DNA from: Lysobacterales bacterium
Lineage (GTDB): Bacteria; Pseudomonadota; Gammaproteobacteria; Xanthomonadales; SZUA-38
Reading direction: 5' to 3'
Length of the DNA: 64,000 nt
Assembly (NCBI GenBank): GCA_028285525.1
Contig: JANQOZ010000020.1
Span: 3,663-67,662 of the forward strand
Below, piece by piece: positions 42,391 to 51,053 of this stretch. A model generated the notes under the pieces. The model was not told where the DNA came from. It was given only the letters and a program-made list of their open reading frames with translations, and ran no database searches. Numbering within the stretch: the first letter of the stretch is position 1; every line of letters begins with the position of its first letter. A program made the translations under genes and the position numbers.

Positions 42391-43704
42391 CTATTTGCCA
42401 AAGGACAACGTGGCGCGGAGACCACCCCCATCACGGCTCGCAACGTCAACGCTCCATTCATAGAGTTCGCAAAAGCGCTGCACGATGGCCAGCCCGAGAC
42501 CGGAGCCTTTCCCCTTCACCGTGCTGCCGCGATAGTGGCGCGTAAAGACTTTTCGCAGCTCGTCCTCGGCGAGCCCTGGCCCCGTGTCCTCGACCACCAC
42601 CTGGTTGTTCACCACGGTGATGTCGACGCTGCCCTGCGGCGTGTACTTAAACGCGTTGCCGATGAGATTGCCCAGCGCGACGGCAATCACAGACTCAGGC
42701 GCGCACACGAGAAACGAGTTGACGACTTTGACGGAGACCTCGACAGGCTTGCTGCCAATCTGCACCCGCTTGAAGTCGACCACCTCCTCGACAATGCGGT
42801 CGACGCGGAAGTACTCGCCGGTGGCGCGATCGACCCGCTCAGCGCGAACGAGGTGCAGCAGCGCCTCGGTGAGCTCCGTGGTCTGGCGGGCCGCGCGTTC
42901 GATACGATTGAGCCTGGTGCGTGTCTTTTCATCCACCTCCGGCTGAGCCAGCAGAAGCTCGGTCGCGCTCTTGATCACCGCCAGCGGCGTGCGCAGCTCG
43001 TGGCTGACGTCCGCGTTAAATTCCTTATCCCGCACCACCATCGCCGTGAGGCGTTCCGCGTACTCATCGAGTCCTCGCGCGAGCTGCCCGACCTCGTCGT
43101 CTGCGTAATTGGGCGCCAGCGGTTCCGGATGGGTGTCCTGCCCCATGGTTGAGACGCGACGGGCGAGGTCGGAGACGGGCCGAATGACCCGCTTGGATGA
43201 CCAGATCGCCAGCAGCAACATCAGAAGCGAGAATCCCACCGCGGCGCCACCCAGGAACCCGAATAGCAGCAGGTTTTCACGCGGATCCGGGGTGGTGTCG
43301 TAAACCACATAGCCCCAGGCCTCCGGCCGCTTGTTGACGGCAATTTTATACCGTCGGGTCTCGGTGGCCATTTCGTGGATGCCCGTGGGCAGCCCGACCA
43401 GCTCGATAACGCGCTGCCTTAAATCGGAGTCGTCGGGCAGCGCCGCCGGCATTGCCTGGAGCGCGAGGTCGCGGCGTCCGATCCATGCGTAGTAGCGGGA
43501 AGAAAAACCGGCGGCTCCGCTGTCGCCGCTCAGAACCTTATCGAGCTGATCGTCGAGATCTCTGACCAGGGTCTCGTCGATCAGCGCGTTTTCCAGGTAT
43601 TGCCGCATCCCGAGGGCGGTCACGGCAAACAAACCGCTCAGCAGCGTGCCGAACAGCAGGAAGGAGATAATAATCCGGGCGCGTAGCTTACGTCTGAACC
43701 GCAT
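42391..43704 (-). CDS. HAMP sensor histidine kinase (ColS-like)
   Basis: Two TMs, SHELRTPL H-box, NAFKYT, DTGPG, GLGLAIV; ATG 43704 overlaps regulator end. Confidence 0.92.
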   Translation of the reverse strand: MRFRRKLRARIIISFLLFGTLLSGLFAVTALGMRQYLENALIDETLVRDLDDQLDKVLSGDSGAAGFSSRYYAWIGRRDLALQAMPAALPDDSDLRQRVIELVGLPTGIHEMATETRRYKIAVNKRPEAWGYVVYDTTPDPRENLLLFGFLGGAAVGFSLLMLLLAIWSSKRVIRPVSDLARRVSTMGQDTHPEPLAPNYADDEVGQLARGLDEYAERLTAMVVRDKEFNADVSHELRTPLAVIKSATELLLAQPEVDEKTRTRLNRIERAARQTTELTEALLHLVRAERVDRATGEYFRVDRIVEEVVDFKRVQIGSKPVEVSVKVVNSFLVCAPESVIAVALGNLIGNAFKYTPQGSVDITVVNNQVVVEDTGPGLAEDELRKVFTRHYRGSTVKGKGSGLGLAIVQRFCELYEWSVDVASRDGGGLRATLSFGK

Positions 43705-44374
43705 CGGGGTGGACCAGCCGATAGCCGATGCCGTGGCGGGTCTGGATGAGCGCAACGTCAAACGGCTTGTCGATGGCAGCTCTCAGGCTGTGGATGTGAA
43801 CACGCAGGCTGTCGCTGTCGGGCAGCTCTTCACCCCATACCCGCAGCTCTAGCTCGTGCCTGGAAACCACGCGCGGCGAGGCCTCCATCAGTCTCTGAAG
43901 GAGCTTTAGCCCGGTCGGGTTCAGATTGATGTCTTTGCCCGCGCGATTGACCGTCAGGGTGTCGAGGTTGAACTCCAGGTCTCCCACGGTCAGCACCCGC
44001 GGCTCAACCGCCTTGCCGCGCCGGGCGAGCACCACAAGCCGTGCCTCAAGCTCCTGCAGTTCGAACGGCTTGACCATGTAGTCGTCGGCGCCGGTCTGAA
44101 AACCTTCCAGCTTCTGCTCCAGCGCGTCGCGCGCGGTCAGCATCAGGATTGGCGTGTTCTTGCGCGCCTCCTCACGGAGCTTGCGGCAGACGTCCAGTCC
44201 GTCCATGCCCGGCAGCATGAGATCCAGGACAATCGCGTCAAATTCATTGACCACGGCCAGGTGCAGACCGGTGACGCCGTCGCCGGCAAAGTCCACGACA
44301 TGACCACGGTCTTCCAGATAGTCGCCAATATTGGCGGCAATATCCGGATTGTCTTCAATGATCAGTATCTTCAT
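43688..44374 (-). CDS. OmpR-family response regulator (ColR-like)
   Basis: IIED, LDLMLPGMDG, GADDYMVKPF, SDSLRVHIHSLR, GIGYRL. Confidence 0.94.
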   Translation of the reverse strand: MKILIIEDNPDIAANIGDYLEDRGHVVDFAGDGVTGLHLAVVNEFDAIVLDLMLPGMDGLDVCRKLREEARKNTPILMLTARDALEQKLEGFQTGADDYMVKPFELQELEARLVVLARRGKAVEPRVLTVGDLEFNLDTLTVNRAGKDINLNPTGLKLLQRLMEASPRVVSRHELELRVWGEELPDSDSLRVHIHSLRAAIDKPFDVALIQTRHGIGYRLVHPDAVQT

Positions 44375-44528
44375 CAGCGTATTTTACCCGGGTGAGTGCA
44401 TTTCGGAGGAGACCCGCCGGGCTGGCGCGCTCTTTCAAGGCGCCGGGACCGTTTGTTGCTCCACCCGTTCAGGACCCGCCCGTACTGGCGGTCGAGTGAC
44501 TTAGTGAGGTATTTTTGGTGTTCTTACA

Positions 44529-44656
44529 TAAAGAAAGGGCCCAAGTAGGAGTGCTGACCAAACTCCTTGCTTGAGCCCTTGAGCTACTGCCCCGATTACC
44601 GTGACCCGATCTGCCAATCCCAGATCATGGGCCGTGGTTGTTTCGTTAGCGAGTGC
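44529..44656 (-). ncRNA. candidate small RNA (two hairpins, terminator-like 3' end); ends approximate
   Basis: Hairpin 44598-44638, linker GGGGCAGUAGC, long hairpin 44535-44580 followed by U-rich tract; -10-like TACTCT and phased operator upstream. Confidence 0.5.
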
Positions 44657-44668
44657 AGGGTCAGAGTA

Positions 44669-44729
44669 CTAACATTTGTATTAAGAATAAGTTAAACGAA
44701 GCGTAACTGCTCGTTAACATCTGCATTAA
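44669..44729. promoter_or_regulatory. array of six NTAA (four TTAA) boxes at 11-12 bp period, OmpR-family-type binding array
   Basis: CTAA 44669, TTAA 44681, TTAA 44692, GTAA 44703, TTAA 44714, TTAA 44726. Confidence 0.55.
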
Positions 44730-44838
44730 TTCGGGGCTTTTCTCCTTTTCGGCTTTCCATTCACCCTGAGCCCTAACCTGTTTGTCGATTTTTTGTGAGG
44801 ACTTTGTCGAAACCACGTGACAAGGACATCTAGTCAGG

Positions 44839-44868
44839 TTAATATATTCGCATACTTGAATATATTAA
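44839..44868. promoter_or_regulatory. ArsR-type operator, perfect 11-bp inverted repeat
   Basis: TTAATATATTC-N8-GAATATATTAA ending 11 bp before the ArsR start. Confidence 0.75.
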
Positions 44869-44879
44869 GGTTTTAAGTC

Positions 44880-45239
44880 TTGCCCAGCCGCGCGATTGTT
44901 GCCAAAGAGCTATCCCAGGTTCTGAAGACCATCTCGCACCCCGATCGGGTGCGGATTATTGAAGAGCTGCGGGGCCAGGAAAAAGACGTCAACACCATCG
45001 CCGAGGCGCTGGAACTCACCGCCACGAGAATTTCCCAGCACCTGAGTCTTATGAAAGCCCACCGCATCGTCGACGAGCGGCGCGAAGGGCGGCACCACTA
45101 TTACCACCTGGTCCAGCCGGAAATCGCAGACTGGATCGTCAACGGTTTGGCCTTCGTCGAAGGCCGCATGTCGGCGGTATCCGCCGCAGAAATCAAATCC
45201 GCCCGCAAATTGTGGGGCGCTGTTCCCGTACAGAAATAA
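44880..45239 (+). CDS. ArsR/SmtB-family regulator
   Basis: LKTISHPDRVRII, ISQHLSLMK, ERREGR..YY. Confidence 0.88.
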   Translation: MPSRAIVAKELSQVLKTISHPDRVRIIEELRGQEKDVNTIAEALELTATRISQHLSLMKAHRIVDERREGRHHYYHLVQPEIADWIVNGLAFVEGRMSAVSAAEIKSARKLWGAVPVQK

Positions 45240-45276
45240 CGGTTAACCCAAAGAGAATTTAAGGTCGAAGATAATC

Positions 45277-45951
45277 ATGCCTAAGTTTGCAGCTGGCGTA
45301 GTCCGATTCCAGAGCGAAGTATTTCCCGAGAAACAAGCGCTGTTTGAACAGCTGGCGCAAGGCCAATCGCCGGAGGCGCTGTTCATCACCTGTTCCGATT
45401 CCCGGATCGAAACGGCGATGATTACGCAGACGGAGCCCGGCGAGCTGTTTATCTGCCGCAATGCCGGCAACATCGTGCCGCCCCATCGGAGTAACGGCGG
45501 CGGCATGACGGCTTCTATCGAGTTTGCCGTTGCCGCGCTGAAGGTCCCGCATATCGTGGTCTGCGGCCACACCGAATGTGGCGCGATGAAAGGTGCCATG
45601 CACCCTGAAGGGCTGGACTCGCTGCCGCAGGTCCGTGACTGGCTGTCCCACAGCCGCGCCGCGGTAGAGGTGGTTAATGCACTTGGCGCTGACCTGGACG
45701 ACGAGACCCGTATGAAAATGCTGCTCGAACAGAACGTCAAGCTGCAGCTGCAGCACCTGCGTACCCACCCGTCGGTTGCGGCCCGCCTCGCGAAAGGTGA
45801 CCTGACGCTGCACGGCTGGATCTACGACATCAAAACAGGTGGCGTAAGTGCCTTGAACGAGAGCAGCGATGAATTTGTTTCGGTCGACGAGCAGTACAGC
45901 GAGGCGATCGCGTCGATGATGGCTCACGATCACGCTGCCTGCCACGCCTGA
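45277..45951 (+). CDS. beta-class carbonic anhydrase
   Basis: GQSP, CSDSR, RNAGN, HTECGAM Zn ligands. Confidence 0.95.
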   Translation: MPKFAAGVVRFQSEVFPEKQALFEQLAQGQSPEALFITCSDSRIETAMITQTEPGELFICRNAGNIVPPHRSNGGGMTASIEFAVAALKVPHIVVCGHTECGAMKGAMHPEGLDSLPQVRDWLSHSRAAVEVVNALGADLDDETRMKMLLEQNVKLQLQHLRTHPSVAARLAKGDLTLHGWIYDIKTGGVSALNESSDEFVSVDEQYSEAIASMMAHDHAACHA

Positions 45952-45965
45952 GGAGTAGGAACCCA

Positions 45966-47651
45966 ATGACTACCAAAACACAATCATCCGGGCGCACACC
46001 CTGGTTTGACTTCAGCAACATGAGAGGCGACATCTTCGGCGGGATCACCGCCGGCATCGTCGCCCTGCCGCTGGCGCTCGCCTTTGGCGAAGCGTCGGGC
46101 GCCGGTCCTATCGCCGGCCTCTGGGGCGCAATTATCGTTGGCTTTTTTGCCTCCCTGTTCGGCGGCACAGGATCGAACGTGTCCGGGCCAACGGGACCGA
46201 TGGTCGTCGTCTTCGCCGGCGTATTTGCCTCCCTCTCCGGCAATCCAGCGCTGGTCTTCGCCGCGGTTGTACTGGCAGGCCTCCTGCAGATCGCCTTCGG
46301 CGTGATGCGCTTGGGTCAGTACATCCGACTGGTGCCCTACCCCGTGGTTTCGGGCTTCATGAGCGGCATCGGCTGCATCATCATTGCGCTGCAGCTGTCG
46401 AGGCTCTTTGGCCACGAGCCGGAAGGCGGGGGCACCGTGCCCGCGCTGATTGCGATTCCCGGCGCCGTGATGGACCCGAACATCAGCGCGCTGGTGATCG
46501 GCCTGGTCACGCTGGGAGTCATTTTCTTCTGGCCGAAGACGCTCAATAAGTTTATCCCCGGCGCGCTGGCCGCGCTGATCATCGGTACGCTGCTCAGCCT
46601 CGTGCTGAAGGGTGCTCCGATTCTGGGCGACATTCCGACCGGCCTGCCGTCATTCATCATCCCGTCGTTCACCCAGGACACCTTCCTCATCGTGCTGGAG
46701 GCAGCCTTCATTCTGGCCCTCCTGGGTGCCATCGACAGCCTGCTCACCTCGCTGGTGGCCGACAACATGACCCGGACCCGTCACAACTCCGATCTGGAAC
46801 TGGTCGGCCAAGGCGTGGGCAACACGATTGCCGGCCTGTTCGGCGCCATTCCCGGTGCTGGCGCGACCATGCGGACCGTGGTGAACATTCGGACCGGCGG
46901 TCAAACCCGGATTTCCGGCATGCTGCACTCGCTGATCCTGCTGGCCGTTGTGCTCAGCCTGTCGCCGCTGGCCTCCCAGATTCCGCACGCCGTGCTGGCC
47001 GGAATCCTGATCAAAGTCGGCTACGACATCGTTGACGTCAGCTACCTGAAACGCGCCCACCAGGGACCACGCTGGGATCTGGCGCTGATGGTGATGGTGC
47101 TCGGACTGACCGTGTTCGTCGACCTGATCACCGCCGTAGCGGTCGGTGTGATCCTCGCCGCACTGGCTTTCGTCAAGCGGATGGCCGACAGGCAGCTCGA
47201 GTCATTCAAGAGCACCACCGGCGACATGACCACCTCGGAGGAACAACAAATCCTGGATCAGGCCAAAGGCAAGATCACGCTGTTCGACTTCGGGGGCCCG
47301 CTGAGCTTCGGCGCGGCGGCCGATTTGGGACATACCGTCCGCGAACGCGTCCGCGAGCACTCGGCCGCCATCGTGCTGGACTTCTCGAGAGTGCCTTTCA
47401 TGGACGTCTCCGCGGCGAGAGCCGTCGAGACGATCGCCTGCGACGCCCGTGCCGCGCACAAGACGCTTTACGTCACCGGCATGAGCGATGAAGTGAAGCG
47501 GGTGCTGACCGGCCTCAACGCTGATCACTGCATCCCGGGCGACACCACCCACGCAACCCGCCTGGAGGCGCTGAAGGCAGCGCTGGCTGAAGTCTCGGGA
47601 GCCGCCGGCGGCGACCCCGACCTGAAGCTGGCCGCTGCCGGCCAGGCTTAA
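45966..47651 (+). CDS. SulP-family anion (probably bicarbonate) transporter with STAS domain
   Basis: ALPLALAFG, SGPTGPM, IDSLLTS, GAGATMRT, C-terminal STAS; cotranscribed with CA. Confidence 0.93.
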   Translation: MTTKTQSSGRTPWFDFSNMRGDIFGGITAGIVALPLALAFGEASGAGPIAGLWGAIIVGFFASLFGGTGSNVSGPTGPMVVVFAGVFASLSGNPALVFAAVVLAGLLQIAFGVMRLGQYIRLVPYPVVSGFMSGIGCIIIALQLSRLFGHEPEGGGTVPALIAIPGAVMDPNISALVIGLVTLGVIFFWPKTLNKFIPGALAALIIGTLLSLVLKGAPILGDIPTGLPSFIIPSFTQDTFLIVLEAAFILALLGAIDSLLTSLVADNMTRTRHNSDLELVGQGVGNTIAGLFGAIPGAGATMRTVVNIRTGGQTRISGMLHSLILLAVVLSLSPLASQIPHAVLAGILIKVGYDIVDVSYLKRAHQGPRWDLALMVMVLGLTVFVDLITAVAVGVILAALAFVKRMADRQLESFKSTTGDMTTSEEQQILDQAKGKITLFDFGGPLSFGAAADLGHTVRERVREHSAAIVLDFSRVPFMDVSAARAVETIACDARAAHKTLYVTGMSDEVKRVLTGLNADHCIPGDTTHATRLEALKAALAEVSGAAGGDPDLKLAAAGQA

Positions 47652-47673
47652 TTCCGGCGCAGAAACCGGTAAC

Positions 47674-47705
47674 AAGGCCAGGCGCTGTGCGCCTGGCCTT
47701 TTTTT
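47674..47705 (+). terminator. intrinsic terminator
   Basis: AAGGCCAGGCGC-TGT-GCGCCTGGCCTT followed by T run. Confidence 0.9.
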
Positions 47706-47819
47706 ATGCACGAGAGAAAGTACCCGAACATCACAGCGCCCCGTGCACTTCGTCGACGGCCCGCGGGAAAGGCAGCTCGAAGAGCAGGACTGCTGATGTC
47801 ATTGGGTGGTAGTGGAAGG

Positions 47820-47893
47820 TGGAGCGGGTGATGGGAATCGAACCCACGTCATCAGCTTGGGAAGCTGAGGTTCTACCATTGAACTACACCCGC
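47820..47893 (-). tRNA. tRNA-Gly (CCC)
   Basis: GCGGGTG acceptor stem, anticodon loop TTCCCAA, GTTCGATTC T-arm, encoded CCA; 74 nt. Confidence 0.97.
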
Positions 47894-48040
47894 GAGGCGC
47901 GTTCCGGCACGGCACAACTATAGCGCCGAATCGGCTGGCGGTCAGCAGCGGGACGGTCCGCAGTCGTCAATCGGAAGGTATCCTCATCAACGGTCTTACC
48001 GGCTGGGCGATAAGCCTCTGCGGGCGGCACTGTATTTTTC

Positions 48041-49348
48041 TTAGCGGCGGGCGGCCTGGGCGAGTGATTCGCAGAGCGCCACGTTGTCGTTGGTGACGCG
48101 CTGAATCGGGATTTCTCCGGTTAATCCGAGCCTGCTGAGGTTATAGGTCACGGTGCCGGCAGTGCAGCCGGAAAACCTCACGGTGAGCGTGCCCTCGCCA
48201 GCCCCGTCGGTCTCGGGCGCTGGCTCAGCGCTGTCGAATACGCCGCCGGTGCTCGAAAAGATCGTCAGCGTACCCCCATTATCCTCGTAGGGTCCCTGCG
48301 CCGTGAGCCAGCGCTGCTGAGGGCCGCCCAGGGTGGCCGTGTTGCCAGGCTGCGTCTCGCTGTCGAAGGTAAACCACGCGACAAACATCTGCCCGAGATC
48401 GGGAAACACGCTGATCAGGAAGCCCTGGCCCGCGGTAGCCGGGTTAAACCAGGCGTCATTAAGTCCGGCGTTGATCACAAACGGATCACCAAGCGGACGG
48501 ATCACCACCGCGTTAGGCTGAATCAGCCCGTTGGTGCCCGACAAAATGAAGTCGCCAACCAGAGTCCCTGAGGAGCTATAACGCCGTACCGATGACGTTC
48601 CGCCGTTGCCGATGAGCAGATCGCCACCCGGCAGCTGCGCGATACCCTCGGGCTGGCTGAGCCCGGTGGCAAAGTTGCTGAGAATCGCGCCGCTGGCGTC
48701 GAACCGTCGGATGGCGCCGCCCTGCCAATCTAGCACCAGCAGATTTCCGCCGCTCTCAAACCACACGTTGGTAGGCCCCTGCAGGTTGCTGTTGATCAGC
48801 TCGCCAAGATCCGCCCCCTGGCTGCTGAACTGGCGCACGATGGCCTGATCAAAGGAGGCAACAACCAGGTTGTCGTCGATGTCCCAGTCCAGCCCGATGC
48901 TCTGCGATACGCCTGTCGTGGTGAAGTCCGGCGCCGGCGTGCCGTCGAGCTGATAGCGTTTGACGCGACCGGAGCCGGTCCACTGCAATACATAAAGAAG
49001 CCCGTCGGGTCCGATTCTCATGCGGGTCGGGCCGCTGGCGTCGGTCGCAAACGCGTCGATAAACGCGCCGGTGTCGGCGTTGTGACGGTTGATCCGATTG
49101 CTGTTCAGGTTGGAGATCAGCACCACACCCTGGTCCTCAAGAAACAGCAGGTCCTGGGGCCACGCCAGGTTTTCGTCGGTGAACAGCTCGGGGTTGTGGC
49201 CGTTTTGATCGAACTTGAGGATCTGCCAGGGCGGACTGCTGAGGCCACCCGCATCGCTGACGTAGACCTCAAAATCCTGAGCCTGTGCCGGCGCCAGCGT
49301 GACGGCAAGGCATCCGAAAAGCACTGCTGCTAGGAAACGATGAGGCAT
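48041..49348 (-). CDS. secreted NHL/beta-propeller protein with separate ~145-aa C-terminal beta-rich domain
   Basis: Signal peptide (AQA), ~41-aa repeats (P.G/GPT..LLV), CTD starting INAGLNDAWFNP. Confidence 0.78.
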   Translation of the reverse strand: MPHRFLAAVLFGCLAVTLAPAQAQDFEVYVSDAGGLSSPPWQILKFDQNGHNPELFTDENLAWPQDLLFLEDQGVVLISNLNSNRINRHNADTGAFIDAFATDASGPTRMRIGPDGLLYVLQWTGSGRVKRYQLDGTPAPDFTTTGVSQSIGLDWDIDDNLVVASFDQAIVRQFSSQGADLGELINSNLQGPTNVWFESGGNLLVLDWQGGAIRRFDASGAILSNFATGLSQPEGIAQLPGGDLLIGNGGTSSVRRYSSSGTLVGDFILSGTNGLIQPNAVVIRPLGDPFVINAGLNDAWFNPATAGQGFLISVFPDLGQMFVAWFTFDSETQPGNTATLGGPQQRWLTAQGPYEDNGGTLTIFSSTGGVFDSAEPAPETDGAGEGTLTVRFSGCTAGTVTYNLSRLGLTGEIPIQRVTNDNVALCESLAQAARR

Positions 49349-49578
49349 GGCGCGGGACCGGGCAGTCGAGGCTGTGAAACATACCGTCTCGCGACGTACG
49401 CCGCACGCCGCGGACCAAAAACAGCAACTTTCGCCAAATCGAAGGAAGCTAAGCCTCGGTAACGGCGAAAGAAGAACCGAGAAAATCTCCGCATCCGACC
49501 ATATCCGGACCGGACCACGGGCACGCCCGGATTTCGAGGTGCCGGGCCGGGTGATCTTCCGGACCGGCCTCGAAGCGG

Positions 49579-50880
49579 TCAGCCCTTAAGCTGAACCACG
49601 ACCAGGCACTGGTCGTCTGAGTTGTCGCGGCCGCGGCTGTGGTCGTCAACCGCCTCGCGAACCGCCTCGACAAGCTCCCGCGCATCCCCTTTAACGGCGC
49701 CGAGCGCCGCCTCGAGACGGGCCTCACCGAACTGCTCATTGCCTGCGCTCCGACACTCGGTGAGGCCGTCGGTATAGAGCACCGCCGCTTCGCCTGGCTC
49801 CAGCTGGGCCTCACCGCCGATGATCGCAACGTCCGGGATGATGCCTAGCGGCGGCCCACCGGCCGAATCGAGCCGCGCAACACGGCCGTTGCGTCGCAGC
49901 AGCAGCGCAGGACTGTGGCCGGCGTTGACGTACATGACCCGCCCCGTTTCCGGATAGATCCGCATGAAGAAGACGGTGACAAACGTCCCTCTCCCGAGAC
50001 TCTCGACAAACAGCCGGTTCACCTTCTCAACCACGTCGACGGTTGGGAGGTCCATGCCTCGAAAGATCATCATTGCGGTGCGCAGCATCGCCATCACCAC
50101 GGCGGCACCAGGCCCGTGACCAGCGACGTCGGCGATCACAAACCCTAATGATCCGTCGGAGAAAGTTCGAAAGTCGTAGTAGTCACCACCGGCATAGTCC
50201 GAAGGCCGATAGTGAACGGCCACGTCGAGCGCGGGATGCTGCGGAAGCTGATCCGGCAGGATGGCCTGCTGGGCTCCGGCAATCTCGTCGAGCTTCACCT
50301 CCAGACTGTCCCGCAGGTCGGAGACCTGGCGCGTCAGCTTGAGTTGATAAACGCTGCGCGACAGCATGTTCAGCACCGAAATGATGACCCGCAGCTGCAT
50401 CGGGTCCAGCGGGAGGCCAGGCTCCCGAAACAGGATCAGCCACTCGTTGATTTCTCCCTGCAGATAGACGGGAACGGCCAGCGCGTCCCGCGGACCGTCG
50501 ACCCAGTCTGCAAGTGTCGGGTCCTGAGCTGGATCGAGGTTCAAGCCAATCTTGGGCTGCCCGCCCGCGATGAGCGCACCGACCAGGCCGCCGTGCGTCA
50601 CGGGAACAGCATCCGACGGCTCATCCCAGCGACAGTTGGCGCGAATGCTCAAGGGAGAATCACCCGCCTTGGCAAGATCGATGCGGTCCATCACCCGGAA
50701 AGCGTCTGGCTGATCGGGCACAACCGCGAGATCGAGAATCTCGCTGACGCCGGCGATCTCGTGAAACCGTCGGCTGAACCCATAGACCAGCTCACCTTCG
50801 GTACGCGCCTGGCTCATGGCACGCTGCATATCGAGCACCACGCTCAGCGAAGGGGTGTCTTCCAGGGATCGGATGTGCAT
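49579..50880 (-). CDS. SpoIIE/RsbU-type PP2C phosphatase with GAF-like N-terminus
   Basis: GGDYYD, ADVAGHG, NAGH, YTDGLTE, DDQC. Confidence 0.9.
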   Translation of the reverse strand: MHIRSLEDTPSLSVVLDMQRAMSQARTEGELVYGFSRRFHEIAGVSEILDLAVVPDQPDAFRVMDRIDLAKAGDSPLSIRANCRWDEPSDAVPVTHGGLVGALIAGGQPKIGLNLDPAQDPTLADWVDGPRDALAVPVYLQGEINEWLILFREPGLPLDPMQLRVIISVLNMLSRSVYQLKLTRQVSDLRDSLEVKLDEIAGAQQAILPDQLPQHPALDVAVHYRPSDYAGGDYYDFRTFSDGSLGFVIADVAGHGPGAAVVMAMLRTAMMIFRGMDLPTVDVVEKVNRLFVESLGRGTFVTVFFMRIYPETGRVMYVNAGHSPALLLRRNGRVARLDSAGGPPLGIIPDVAIIGGEAQLEPGEAAVLYTDGLTECRSAGNEQFGEARLEAALGAVKGDARELVEAVREAVDDHSRGRDNSDDQCLVVVQLKG

Positions 50881-51045
50881 GGGCGGAACCTCAGGCGCGT
50901 CGCTTCACGTTAGCGCGCGCCGGCGGGACCTTCAATCCTTCGCCAAAACGGTGTCCATGGCATTCGAGCCGGGAGCCAGCATGTGGGTTAATCGAAGACT
51001 AAAAGCGGTAAGAAACTGCGTCAGGCTTACCGTTGACAACCGGAA

Positions 51046-51053
51046 TGTGAGGC
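51046..51053. repeat. 8-bp direct repeat TGTGAGGC, left copy
   Basis: Identical to 61337-61344; abuts the MFS stop codon. Confidence 0.45.

Noticed and set aside
44880-47893. tRNA-Gly as integration site for the ArsR-CA-SulP block
   Set aside because: No integrase and no duplicated tRNA 3' end found by eye in the window.
49533-49575. Hairpin and short CCGGA repeats between PP2C and NHL genes as a REP/MITE
   Set aside because: Only one copy seen; no U-tract or target duplication.
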